DNA of 58,206 nt, from the IMG/VR virus record IMGVR_UViG_3300045988_060089, one strand, 5' to 3'. The notes beneath the pieces are model-generated. The model was not told where the DNA came from. It was given only the letters and a program-made list of their open reading frames with translations, and did not search any database. Source of the stretch: a virus. The position numbers were made by a program, and so were the translations under genes. Shown in pieces: positions 26,286 to 34,159 of the stretch (positions are counted from its first letter, which is position 1; every line of letters begins with the position of its first letter).

Positions 26286-28051
26286 TACCTCCGTCCGAAA
26301 GAGAATGGGTTTTGAATTGCTTCTGCTCTTGCCATTCTTTTATTTCCGTAAATCATGTCACATAGTTGTGCCGTAGAATCTATCCCGTCATCATGCTTCA
26401 TTTTCCCTTCAAAAGTAGCAGACAAAATATTTTGAAAATACTTTCTGTACTCTTTTGTTTGATATTTCATGTCCACAAAATGAAGTTTTCGTATGTCTGG
26501 AGCATGATTTTTGATTCTATCCATTTTTGCAGTCTGATTGTCTGCCGGATCATGACTTGTGTTAATAGGATATCCGTCTTTTTCCCATATCTTTTCACAA
26601 TCTGTACGGTATGCTGATGTTGTCTTTGTTTCCTCAAAATGGACTTCTGCTGTCTTATTATTAAATTTATCTAAATGTCTTTCCATTCGTGAAGTAACTT
26701 CCGGTATGGTAATTTCCTTATCACCGTCATTGTAGACAACATCAGTGATATAATGTTCTCCGTCAATCTCATAGCAGATAGGCATTGATACAAAATCACC
26801 GCCACCATAAGCAGGGTCATTAGCTGCAAATATCCTATCAGGTCTTATTCCTTCAAGTTCTGCCGGATTAAAGAAATTCATCATATCGACATTGAACATC
26901 TGACCTTTTCTTTCAATAGGCTCCTGTTGATACTGTGCAAACCATGATGCCATATCGTCATTGTTCTCAAAAGATGCCATACGTCTTTTGTAATCAAGAG
27001 TTGTATATCCCAAATGATACGGATAATCAAAATTGCTATCTCCGTTTTCATTTAGTGCAGGAATAATAACCTCTCTGTGCCGTATGCCTTTGTATTCAGG
27101 ATCATTTTGTAATAGGTCTAACCGTCTACCTTGAACGTCCTTTTTCGCCCAACGTGTTCCTATCCCCAACAATTTAGCCTTTCCAGGCTTAATTCTCGGC
27201 ATAAAGTTGTTGTCGAATTTTCCCCATACAGTATTTTGCCTATCTTCACTCAATGCTTCATCAATACCGCTGAATAAGTCATCATAAACTCCAAGCCCGT
27301 CACAGTCACAAGCACCATTCAATGTTCCGTAAATGCTTCGCATGGTAAATGTTGGGTATGTCTTTTTACGGATAAGGTCTACTGTCAAATCTTTTCCATC
27401 AGTGACTAACTTTTTCTCAACTATGTTTGGATATATTTCAGCATATGTGTATGTCGGGTCTGTAATCATTTCTATGATGCCGTCATAGTAACCACCAGTA
27501 ATTTTGTCCGAATATGCCGAATACAGATTAGACCGTTCCGGTCTGTTAGAGCCGAACCACAGATTACCCATTTTTACTATTTGTGTCTTACCGATTCGTC
27601 CGGGACAAAACACCATTCCTTCATCAAGCACATCATCGTACAAATCTTGAATAAGCTGTGCTACCTGCCGTAATGGATTTATTCTCGGCTGATAAAATCT
27701 CTCTTCTACCGGTCTGTTCTTTTCCATGTATAGCATGAAGCTTTCAAATCGGTAATGTGCTTCAATCAGAAGAGTTTTGTAATAGTCATCAACAAGGCTG
27801 TATTTTTCTTCATGTTGTTGGCTGTATTTTTCAAGGTCAAGTATTCTACCTCCTGTCCTTTCCATGCAAAAACGCTCTACAATGCCTTTAGAACGGTTTG
27901 TTATCTGTAAGCCATAAGTTATATCCTTTTCGCCATTTATAGCCACTCTGCAGGCTTCTATATACGCATCAATGACCTGTTCATCAATCCCCTTTCGCTG
28001 TATGTAATTGTCATAGCTGTTTACTGCCGATATAAGGCTCTGACTTGCCAA
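26282..28051 (-). CDS. terL: Terminase large subunit
   Basis: 589 aa. Walker A-like CPGRIGKTQ, then a nuclease-half-sized C-terminus. TTG start after ggaaggagg. Confidence 0.85.
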   Translation of the reverse strand: MASQSLISAVNSYDNYIQRKGIDEQVIDAYIEACRVAINGEKDITYGLQITNRSKGIVERFCMERTGGRILDLEKYSQQHEEKYSLVDDYYKTLLIEAHYRFESFMLYMEKNRPVEERFYQPRINPLRQVAQLIQDLYDDVLDEGMVFCPGRIGKTQIVKMGNLWFGSNRPERSNLYSAYSDKITGGYYDGIIEMITDPTYTYAEIYPNIVEKKLVTDGKDLTVDLIRKKTYPTFTMRSIYGTLNGACDCDGLGVYDDLFSGIDEALSEDRQNTVWGKFDNNFMPRIKPGKAKLLGIGTRWAKKDVQGRRLDLLQNDPEYKGIRHREVIIPALNENGDSNFDYPYHLGYTTLDYKRRMASFENNDDMASWFAQYQQEPIERKGQMFNVDMMNFFNPAELEGIRPDRIFAANDPAYGGGDFVSMPICYEIDGEHYITDVVYNDGDKEITIPEVTSRMERHLDKFNNKTAEVHFEETKTTSAYRTDCEKIWEKDGYPINTSHDPADNQTAKMDRIKNHAPDIRKLHFVDMKYQTKEYRKYFQNILSATFEGKMKHDDGIDSTAQLCDMIYGNKRMARAEAIQNPFSFGRRY

Positions 28052-28134
28052 TAAAAAAGAGCCTCCTTCCCCAAAATTTTGGAAATTTGGCTCTCTGCGT
28101 AGGCAATCTACGACTGGTGCTCTAAATATTCAAT

Positions 28135-28329
28135 TTACTTCCAATCAAAATAAAACCGTTTCCCACATACAGGGCACTTGATATTGTAACCGCCAAGACC
28201 ATCATGCATTACACCCATTATGTCAGTTGCATTGCATTCTCTTTTCTCGAACTCAAATATCGAACCGCATTTATCGCAGGTTAATCTTTTGGTCGGTGCT
28301 ACTAATTTGTGTCGTTTTATAATTTTCAT
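28135..28329 (-). CDS. Zn-ribbon protein
   Basis: CDKCGS..CPVCGK. Confidence 0.55.
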   Translation of the reverse strand: MKIIKRHKLVAPTKRLTCDKCGSIFEFEKRECNATDIMGVMHDGLGGYNIKCPVCGKRFYFDWK

Positions 28330-28622
28330 TCAAGATTCACCCCAATTCTATTGATTTCCCCACATTTTGGGCATTTGATTTCAGCCTGTCCGTTGAATTT
28401 GCCTAAAAGTCGGTTGCATTTGCTACAACGATGTTCGGACAGTTTTACATAAAAACATTTTTTCAAAGTTTCCTCGTCTTCCTTTGTATCTGCCACAACA
28501 ATCGGGTCTTCTCCGAGTGTTGTACATTCAATTTTTATATTTTCAATATTCCCGATGTTTTTAGGTGTGACCTGTCGAAACACATCACGTTCTATATTTT
28601 CAATTACTGCTGTCATGCTCAT
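28326..28622 (-). CDS. Protein with C-terminal Mu Com-like zinc finger
   Basis: HRCSKCNRLLGKFNGQAEIKCPKCGEINRI fits the Com pattern RCxxCNKLLxK..IEIxCPRC. Confidence 0.55.
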   Translation of the reverse strand: MSMTAVIENIERDVFRQVTPKNIGNIENIKIECTTLGEDPIVVADTKEDEETLKKCFYVKLSEHRCSKCNRLLGKFNGQAEIKCPKCGEINRIGVNLE

Positions 28623-28624
28623 TC

Positions 28625-28810
28625 TTACACCAACTTTCTACCACACATCGGACAATAATTGATTTTTATATATCCAAGGCAACCACTGTCTCCTGTGTCG
28701 ATCAACACTCCAAATCCATTTTCATCTTTGCAAATAAAATCTCCGCCAGTGTATCTTTTTTTCATATATTCATCATTATTCATTGCTATATCTTTGCAAA
28801 ATTCACACAT
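28625..28810 (-). CDS. Zn-ribbon protein
   Basis: CEFC...CPMCGRKL. Confidence 0.5.
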   Translation of the reverse strand: MCEFCKDIAMNNDEYMKKRYTGGDFICKDENGFGVLIDTGDSGCLGYIKINYCPMCGRKLV

Positions 28811-28812
28811 GA

Positions 28813-29052
28813 TTAAAACCTCGCTTCACAATGCTCTACCATTGTTTCCAACGTTTCCTTGTCATACAAAACAGAACCGTTCTTGTCCGCTTTGTATTTA
28901 TCAAAAGTGCATATCGTATTTATAAAATTCCCGATGCAGTCCGCATGGAAATTTATGTTGTATACTTTCTTCTGCCACTTGCCGTTTGCGTATATCTTGG
29001 TGTATCCACCTTTTCTTGTCTTGATAATGATTTTAGAACGTGACTTTTTCAT
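28813..29052 (-). CDS. Hypothetical protein
   Basis: ORF track, 79 aa, basic. Confidence 0.5.
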   Translation of the reverse strand: MKKSRSKIIIKTRKGGYTKIYANGKWQKKVYNINFHADCIGNFINTICTFDKYKADKNGSVLYDKETLETMVEHCEARF

Positions 29053-29237
29053 TTATCAAATGCCTTTCTGCTTTCTTCCATCACTTTACAGTTTCTTGCG
29101 AAATCTCTTTCAATAAAATTTTGCGGTATCCTTCCAAATTTTTCCAAAGCGTACTTATATACCGCTTCTTTGGAAACATCTATTTCAAAATTTTGTAATG
29201 CTTCTGTTTGTGGTTGATAATCTTTCAATCCATTCAT
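29049..29237 (-). CDS. Hypothetical protein
   Basis: Start MNGLKDYQ after ggagga. The longer track ORF (to 29381) runs through a tRNA and is rejected. Confidence 0.5.
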   Translation of the reverse strand: MNGLKDYQPQTEALQNFEIDVSKEAVYKYALEKFGRIPQNFIERDFARNCKVMEESRKAFDK

Positions 29238-29254
29238 CCTCATATCCTCCGTAA

Positions 29255-29327
29255 CCCATGCAGACGGAATCGAACCGCCGACACACATCCTATGCGGATG
29301 CCGCTCTTCCACTGAAGCTATGCATGG
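29255..29327 (-). tRNA. tRNA with CAT anticodon (Met or Ile2), atypical G33
   Basis: 73 nt cloverleaf: acceptor ccatgca/tgcatgg, D stem gctt/gagc, anticodon stem gcatc/gatgt, loop cgCATag, T arm ggcgg-ttcgatt-ccgtc. Confidence 0.6.
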
Positions 29328-29665
29328 AAATCGCACCGTAAAACCTTTTATGGCTTGCGCAAGCCATAACCAAATGCGCACCGCCTACTTGTCACTGACT
29401 ATCCACAATCTCACAGTCTTGTCTGTTCTCTACTTCATAGGCTTGGTTTTTCGCTAAACATATGTGGCTTACGTTTTAGCTAGGGAATAGTTGCCGTGGG
29501 AGTTGAACCCACCCGACGCAAACAATGTACGACTACTTTTGAATCTGCAAATTCTACTCGCAGAAGTGTTTTTCGTTGACCGATAATGAGCAACTACTAT
29601 CCATACATCTCCCATCGACCTGAACTATTGCAGTAGTGCCAGACTAAGTGGAGATAAAGATAAAG

Positions 29666-29739
29666 TTGGGATGATGGGACTTGAACCCACAGCCTATGCC
29701 TTAGAAGGACACTGCTCTTTCCATTTGCGCTACATCCCA
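29666..29739 (-). tRNA. tRNA-Arg (TCT)
   Basis: Acceptor tgggatg/catccca, anticodon stem gtgtc/ggcat, loop ctTCTaa, T arm gtggg-ttcaagt-cccat. One G-A mismatch in the D stem. Confidence 0.8.
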
Positions 29740-29862
29740 ATGTGCGTTTCCATAAGCTGTATGCCTACATTTAAGGCGCTGACACAGCGCAACACTTATG
29801 GCTATTTTTATTTTCGCAGGGCATCCGCCAGTTACCTGCTAGCCGGTTGCGATCCGACATCG

Positions 29863-29946
29863 TGGGGAAAGAAGGAGTCGAACCTTCGATGTTTCTAATG
29901 TCACGGTTTTACAGACCGCTGCAATCGCCACTATGCGCATTTCCCC
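29863..29946 (-). tRNA. tRNA-Tyr (GTA), long variable arm
   Basis: Acceptor ggggaaa/tttcccc, anticodon stem gcggt/accgt, loop ctGTAaa, long variable region, T arm gaagg-ttcgact-ccttc. Layout parallels E. coli tRNA-Tyr. Confidence 0.85.
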
Positions 29947-30219
29947 AAAACCTGTGCCGTATAACCACGACTAAACTTCTGGCACACCTATCTGCTACCT
30001 ACCGATTATTGCAATCACGGTATCGTCTTATCGACGCAGATAAAGTTTTTCACCGCTATATGGTTGCAATGCTTCAAGCGGTTACGTGGAAAACCCTCAC
30101 GAGCCTTGCGACGGCTCTTAACAGCATTCCGCTATGAGGGGAAAGGAGTGTCTCCAATGGAAAAGTATGGAAGACAATTCGCAGATGGCAAAGACCGAAA
30201 GAAGAAAACATCTGCGAAA

Positions 30220-30291
30220 CAGGACTACCAGGATTCGGACCTGGGAATGCAGCAGTCAAAGTGCTGTGCCTTACCGCTTGGCGATAGCCCT
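30220..30291 (-). tRNA. tRNA-Gln (TTG)
   Basis: agggctaTCGCCAAGCGGTAAGGCA..ctTTGac..GCATTCCcaggtCCGAATCCtggta closely parallels bacterial tRNA-Gln. Confidence 0.85.
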
Positions 30292-30591
30292 AAACTCCGG
30301 GAGAGAGACCATCTGCTCCCGGATTATTTTTGTGAAACACCCTATCTTTATCTAAAAAAAATTGTCACGCCTGTGTACGGTACTTTGAAAAACTTTGTGT
30401 TGTCAAACGCATTATTCCATTTTTCGTTTCCCACACACAGGCTACATACACTCTTGATGCCTTGATTTCTCTGCCACATATCCAATGCCAACACAACACC
30501 GGATATTCGGCAATAACAATGGCTTTATGAATTTAACCCATTCAAAATTGTGATATGGGATAATTCGCATAATCTCCGGTAACCACATAGG

Positions 30592-30744
30592 CTATACCCA
30601 CGCGAAAGTTATTCCAAATGCAAGGAACATTGCTAACTCAAATAAAATAACTCCGTCTGATGCTGTTTTCTGTTTTGGAGCATACCATAAAGCAGATATT
30701 GCTAAAACTGTCAATACCAACGTTGTCATTATTTTTAAAATCAT
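30592..30744 (-). CDS. Small two-TM membrane peptide (50 aa)
   Basis: MILKIMTTLVLTVLAISALWYAP..LFELAMFLAFGITFAWV; ATGA overlap with the upstream gene. Below the track cutoff. Confidence 0.4.
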   Translation of the reverse strand: MILKIMTTLVLTVLAISALWYAPKQKTASDGVILFELAMFLAFGITFAWV

Positions 30745-31154
30745 GAATCCAAGCATTTTTTCTTCGTCCTTCCTTCAATTTCATCGATCATTGCCATTAC
30801 CAGTGCTTTAGCAAACTGGCTATTGTTATGTATTTTAATCAGCAAATTGCCCTGCCGGATAAGATACGACCAGTCATCATCCGTTTTCGGATTAGCACAC
30901 TCTTTATGTATTTTCCAAACCTCTGTGTAGATCTCTTTAATCTCCGGTGGCAATTCACATTTCTCCTTAACTGGCAAATCTTCTTTAGGCTCTTTATCAA
31001 GTCTGCTCTTTTGGTGCTTCATCTGACAGCTAACCATTTCTGTAACGTTCTCACGGTCTCTCTTGATTCCGTGACCTTGCAGAAACAACTCACATTGCAG
31101 GACTTCACCGCATTTTGAACATTCGTCTTTTATCTCTTTCCCAAATATCTGCAT
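30741..31154 (-). CDS. Hypothetical protein
   Basis: ORF track, 137 aa. Confidence 0.55.
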   Translation of the reverse strand: MQIFGKEIKDECSKCGEVLQCELFLQGHGIKRDRENVTEMVSCQMKHQKSRLDKEPKEDLPVKEKCELPPEIKEIYTEVWKIHKECANPKTDDDWSYLIRQGNLLIKIHNNSQFAKALVMAMIDEIEGRTKKKCLDS

Positions 31155-31158
31155 ACAC

Positions 31159-31278
31159 TTAATCTCTACCAGTGACTACCGCTCTTAAAAATACTCCGAT
31201 GATGAACAGGATATACACCCATGCAGGAGCATGTAATTGAAACAGTATCCATGCTAAAACTATGTAAATGAAAATCAT
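31159..31278 (-). CDS. Small TM peptide (39 aa)
   Basis: aggaggtgtaccac SD before the ATG. MIFIYIVLAWILFQLHAPAWVYILFIIGVFLRAVVTGRD. Confidence 0.45.
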   Translation of the reverse strand: MIFIYIVLAWILFQLHAPAWVYILFIIGVFLRAVVTGRD

Positions 31279-31476
31279 GTGGTACACCTCCTAAGGGTCT
31301 TTTTTATTTTTGAGGAAATTTGAGGGACTAAGTAGGGGCTGTTCGCTGGTCCTGCCAGACCCCCTCCCCCTGTGTGCTATGTTTCTTTTCAACTATGCGT
31401 TAAACTAATCTTTCACGCAATCTTTATTGACACGTCTTTAACTATCCCATATTTCCGCACGTTTCCGCTGTTGTTG

Positions 31477-32139
31477 CTACTTATTCGCATCTACGTTGCT
31501 ATCGTCATACGCTCCGGAATCGGTCAACATTGATGTATTTTGTCCAAAATTTGTGTCTAATCGTGGAAGTTGGTCGGCTGTCCTGGTTATCTTGTGTACA
31601 ATCTCTTGCTGTGTGGTCTGTTTCCGCCCGTGGTCGTTGTTTAATCGTTCCGTTGCTCCCAGCGCATTCCGCAGATTAAAAGCAACAAGCTGATCACAAT
31701 CTGCATCATCTAACCAATTTACAAAAGCTTTTCTGACCTCGTCCATGCTCGATGTACTTGATTTAGTCCTCCAGGTACTTAAAGCCTGTTTAGATATCCC
31801 TGTTAATATCTTAAATGTATCAGCTGTAGCAGTCATATCATAAGCATTAGCTAACTCCCTAAGATATAAATAAACCTCATACAACAGATCTATGTTGTAC
31901 GCATTGTAGTTAGTTAGCATTTGGTTGATACTATTATCCACTACGTTTTGGGGTATATCTTTTAATACATTGCTAGGTCTTATATAATTATTATATATAT
32001 ATTGCATGGCTCCATTAAAAACCGGTTGCCGTTGTGATCTCATGTCATCGATGCCATAAGCCGCACAATAATCGTCAAAGTATTTACGGATATTTTTTTT
32101 TATCTCGTCAATGTTTGGAATCTCTCTGACGTCCTGCAC
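31477..32139 (-). CDS. Terminase small subunit candidate
   Basis: First gene of the rightmost late operon. LTGISKQALSTWR HTH-like segment; C-terminus LRNALGATERLNNDHGRKQ resembles the TerS tail motif. Probable GTG start after aggaggtg (track ORF extends to 32178). Confidence 0.45.
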   Translation of the reverse strand: MQDVREIPNIDEIKKNIRKYFDDYCAAYGIDDMRSQRQPVFNGAMQYIYNNYIRPSNVLKDIPQNVVDNSINQMLTNYNAYNIDLLYEVYLYLRELANAYDMTATADTFKILTGISKQALSTWRTKSSTSSMDEVRKAFVNWLDDADCDQLVAFNLRNALGATERLNNDHGRKQTTQQEIVHKITRTADQLPRLDTNFGQNTSMLTDSGAYDDSNVDANK

Positions 32140-32650
32140 CGCTCTACACCTCCTGAAAATCTGCAATAAAAAAATCACTAATCCTCACTTAATAGACCCA
32201 TGTTTTTTTATCTCCTCCACAGATTAGGTAAAAAACATAAATTTACAAAAGTGATCAGCTAGTGACTTCTAATCGTTTCCGGTCTGCCGGCTCCGGTGGT
32301 CTTGGTTACAATCTGGGCGGCTGCGTATCCAGAGGGGGTTGGATTTGCTCCGCTGTCACTCGCACCGTGTTAACGTCGGCTCCCTAACTGCTTTTATCAT
32401 ACCATAAGTGCTATTTATAAATCCACAACAACCTTTTACGCATTTGACAATTTGTTACTGTGGTATGTCTTCCGGTGATCCTGAGCATATAAAAATCATG
32501 CGATTAAAAAATATCATCCGGTTAAATTTGACAAATGGGATTATTTAACAGACAGACAGGTAATTTTTGCAGATGGGTACATGGTGGCAGCCGGTCGGCT
32601 CTAGAATTTATATATACTTAGTATATCATTGTCTTTCTGCTCTTATTTAC

Positions 32651-32731
32651 TTTTATTTTATCTAACCTTTATTTTATCTAATCTCCTTTTATTTAATCTG
32701 CGTCTACAAAATGTCTACAATTTGTCTACAA
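32651..32731. repeat. Two iteron sets: TTTATTT(T/A)ATCTAA x2-3 and GTCTACAA x3 spaced 11 bp
   Basis: ttttattttatctaa 32651, ctttattttatctaa 32667, degenerate copy at 32686. gtctacaa at 32702, 32713, 32724. Confidence 0.85.
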
Positions 32732-32764
32732 AATTTAGCACGTTAAAATATCACAGTGAAAATA

Positions 32765-32795
32765 GATCAAGAAAAGCAGGCTGTTACACCTGCTT
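32765..32795 (-). terminator. Rho-independent terminator of the RHH operon
   Basis: The minus strand reads aagcagg-tgtaacag-cctgctt followed by ttcttg. Confidence 0.6.
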
Positions 32796-32804
32796 AATTC
32801 CTGT

Positions 32805-33107
32805 TTATGCTGTTGCTCTTTCTGTTCTTCTGATCCGTTCCGCTCTCGCTGTGATCCGGTCAATTAACGCCCTGTCACCGTATGCGGATTTGCTGGACAA
32901 TAACTCCGGATCCGTCATGCTGTCCAGTGCTTGGAGCGTTTCCGCTTGCACCGTCTCCAGTGCTTGGAGTTCTGCCCGGTTAAATTCTTTCAGCCGTTCC
33001 GATTCCGTTGTTTCCAGTTGATCCCGATAATACCGGAAAAACTGCCGGACGTTTGAGCGAATCCGGGCGGCTTTCTTTGCTGTGATCTGCTCCGGTGTTC
33101 CTGTCAT
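32805..33107 (-). CDS. Helical hypothetical protein, partner of the RHH gene
   Basis: Start MTGTPEQITAKK (ATGA overlap with 33104-33556); GC-richer than the phage backbone. Confidence 0.55.
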   Translation of the reverse strand: MTGTPEQITAKKAARIRSNVRQFFRYYRDQLETTESERLKEFNRAELQALETVQAETLQALDSMTDPELLSSKSAYGDRALIDRITARAERIRRTERATA

Positions 33108-33556
33108 GCTTTCAACTCCTTTTCTCTTTGTATTCGTTCCATACCTTGCTTGTAAATTTCTTTCGCTTCTTTCCTCTTGCGCTCTACCCATTCAACATTA
33201 CTTTCATCTGGCCGCTGTCCGGGTAAGCCTGCCCATTTCGGAGGATGTTTTATAACTGGTTTAACTTCTCCGTGCTCTCTAGCGGCTCTTTCTGCCGCTG
33301 TTTTGGCTTGTAAAGCGTGTAGCCGTTCATTTGCCTGCATGAGTGCGATTTTCTCGTCTATGGGGCTTCTAGAGCCTGTCACGGGCGTTTCTTTCGGTTG
33401 CTCTGTCACTGTCTGCGGTTGTACTGGTTGCAATGCTGTGATCACGGCACCTATAACAAACTGGTTTACACTTACACCGTTTTTTTCTGCCTGCGCTTTG
33501 ATCTGCGGTTCTAGGTCTTTCGGGAATCTAATCATTTGGTTAAATGTTTCCGCCAT
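33104..33556 (-). CDS. Ribbon-helix-helix (Arc/omega/HicB-C-like) DNA-binding protein with extended C-terminus
   Basis: QMIRFPKDLEPQIKAQAEKNGVSVNQFVIGAVITAL is a beta-strand plus two helices (RHH signature). Confidence 0.7.
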   Translation of the reverse strand: MAETFNQMIRFPKDLEPQIKAQAEKNGVSVNQFVIGAVITALQPVQPQTVTEQPKETPVTGSRSPIDEKIALMQANERLHALQAKTAAERAAREHGEVKPVIKHPPKWAGLPGQRPDESNVEWVERKRKEAKEIYKQGMERIQREKELKA

Positions 33557-33575
33557 TTTAGCACCTCCTTTTCTT

Positions 33576-33656
33576 GTGATATCATTAATGCGATATCATT
33601 AGTTTTTTATGATATCATTTGTGTGATATCACTTGTTTGATATCGTGATATCACTA
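33576..33656. promoter_or_regulatory. Array of six GATATC-centred repeats, several matching the WATCACW heptad, upstream of the RHH gene
   Basis: GATATC at 33578, 33592, 33611, 33625, 33639, 33647. tgtgata / tatcact versions are present in both orientations. Confidence 0.8.
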
Positions 33657-33662
33657 TAACAT

Positions 33663-33698
33663 TATGTGCATTATATGTCAATAGATATATGTGCATTA
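33663..33698. repeat. TATGTGCATTA iterons (2 copies) plus ATATGTCAATA variant
   Basis: tatgtgcatta at 33663; atatgtgcatta at 33687. Confidence 0.8.
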
Positions 33699-33890
33699 TT
33701 TTTTGTATTTCTCCATTTTTTCAAGTTCTGCCGCAACTACTTCTTTAATAAACGTGTTCGGCTTTTCAATTCCAAGCTCTTTCATTTTGTCCCTAGTGCC
33801 TGCCGGAAAAACTATATTTATACGGTCGTTTCTTTTTTCGTATTCTCTACTAGCTTTTAATTGTGCTTCACTTGTTTTGTTTATACCCAT
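33696..33890 (-). CDS. Small RHH (CopG/Arc-like) regulator
   Basis: ggaggtaataaga SD before MGINKTSEAQ. RINIVFPAGTRDKMKELGIEKPNTFIKEVVAAEL is an RHH. Confidence 0.65.
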   Translation of the reverse strand: MGINKTSEAQLKASREYEKRNDRINIVFPAGTRDKMKELGIEKPNTFIKEVVAAELEKMEKYKK

Positions 33891-33932
33891 TCTTATTACC
33901 TCCATACAATATAAATATAGCTTTACTATACT

Positions 33933-34043
33933 ATATGTGCATTAGTTTGTCAATAAAATATGTGCAATATACATTTTAACTAATAAACGCATTGTTATAT
34001 GTGCATTATTTTGTTAAATATTACATATTGTATATGTGCAATA
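33933..34043. repeat. ATATGTGCA(T/A)TA iterons (4 copies) in the divergent control region
   Basis: Copies at 33933, 33958, 33997, 34032. TTTGTCAATAA variant at 33947. Confidence 0.8.
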
Positions 34044-34065
34044 TATTTGTTATTATAATATCAAC

Positions 34066-34122
34066 AAATAAAAAAGCCGGTGACCACCTACCAAGCGAAC
34101 ACCGGCACCCAAAAAGAAAGGC
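34066..34122 (-). ncRNA. Predicted ~55-60 nt countertranscript (extended -10 promoter plus intrinsic terminator)
   Basis: Minus-strand TGtTATAAT (34137-34129) with TTGCTT 18 nt upstream. Hairpin gccggtg(34076-82)/caccggc(34100-06) followed by a U-run (34066-34075). No minus-strand ORF. Confidence 0.3.
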
Positions 34123-34159
34123 ACCCATATTATAACACGGGTGAAAAGGTAAAAGCAAT

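Noticed and set aside
29049-29381. 110-aa version of the ORF starting MRIWLWLAQAIKG
   Set aside because: The upstream 48 codons are the antisense-free translation of the CAT tRNA. An SD-preceded internal ATG at 29237 gives a compact gene that starts just after the tRNA.
29671-30465. Several plus- and minus-strand track ORFs (29671-29898, 29847-30137, 30064-30465, 30134-30355, 30074-30259)
   Set aside because: They run through well-folding tRNA genes and structured spacers, lack SDs, and overlap one another. They are treated as non-coding.
32190-32640. Possible ncRNA or riboswitch in the 450-nt gap upstream of the TerS candidate (GC-rich segment ggtctgccggctccggtgg...)
   Set aside because: I could not fold it into any motif I recognise or find a promoter/terminator pair. 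It may simply hold the late promoter and a recombination scar at the edge of the GC-rich island. Noted but not called.
32805-33556. Reading the RHH gene plus its downstream partner as a type II toxin-antitoxin pair
   Set aside because: The downstream 100-aa protein is an all-helical, acidic/Arg-rich sequence with no recognisable toxin motif (RelE/ParE/MazF/zeta/HicA). The RHH protein is 150 aa with a long C-terminal extension. The repeat arrays point to a regulator or centromere role instead, although this is not excluded.
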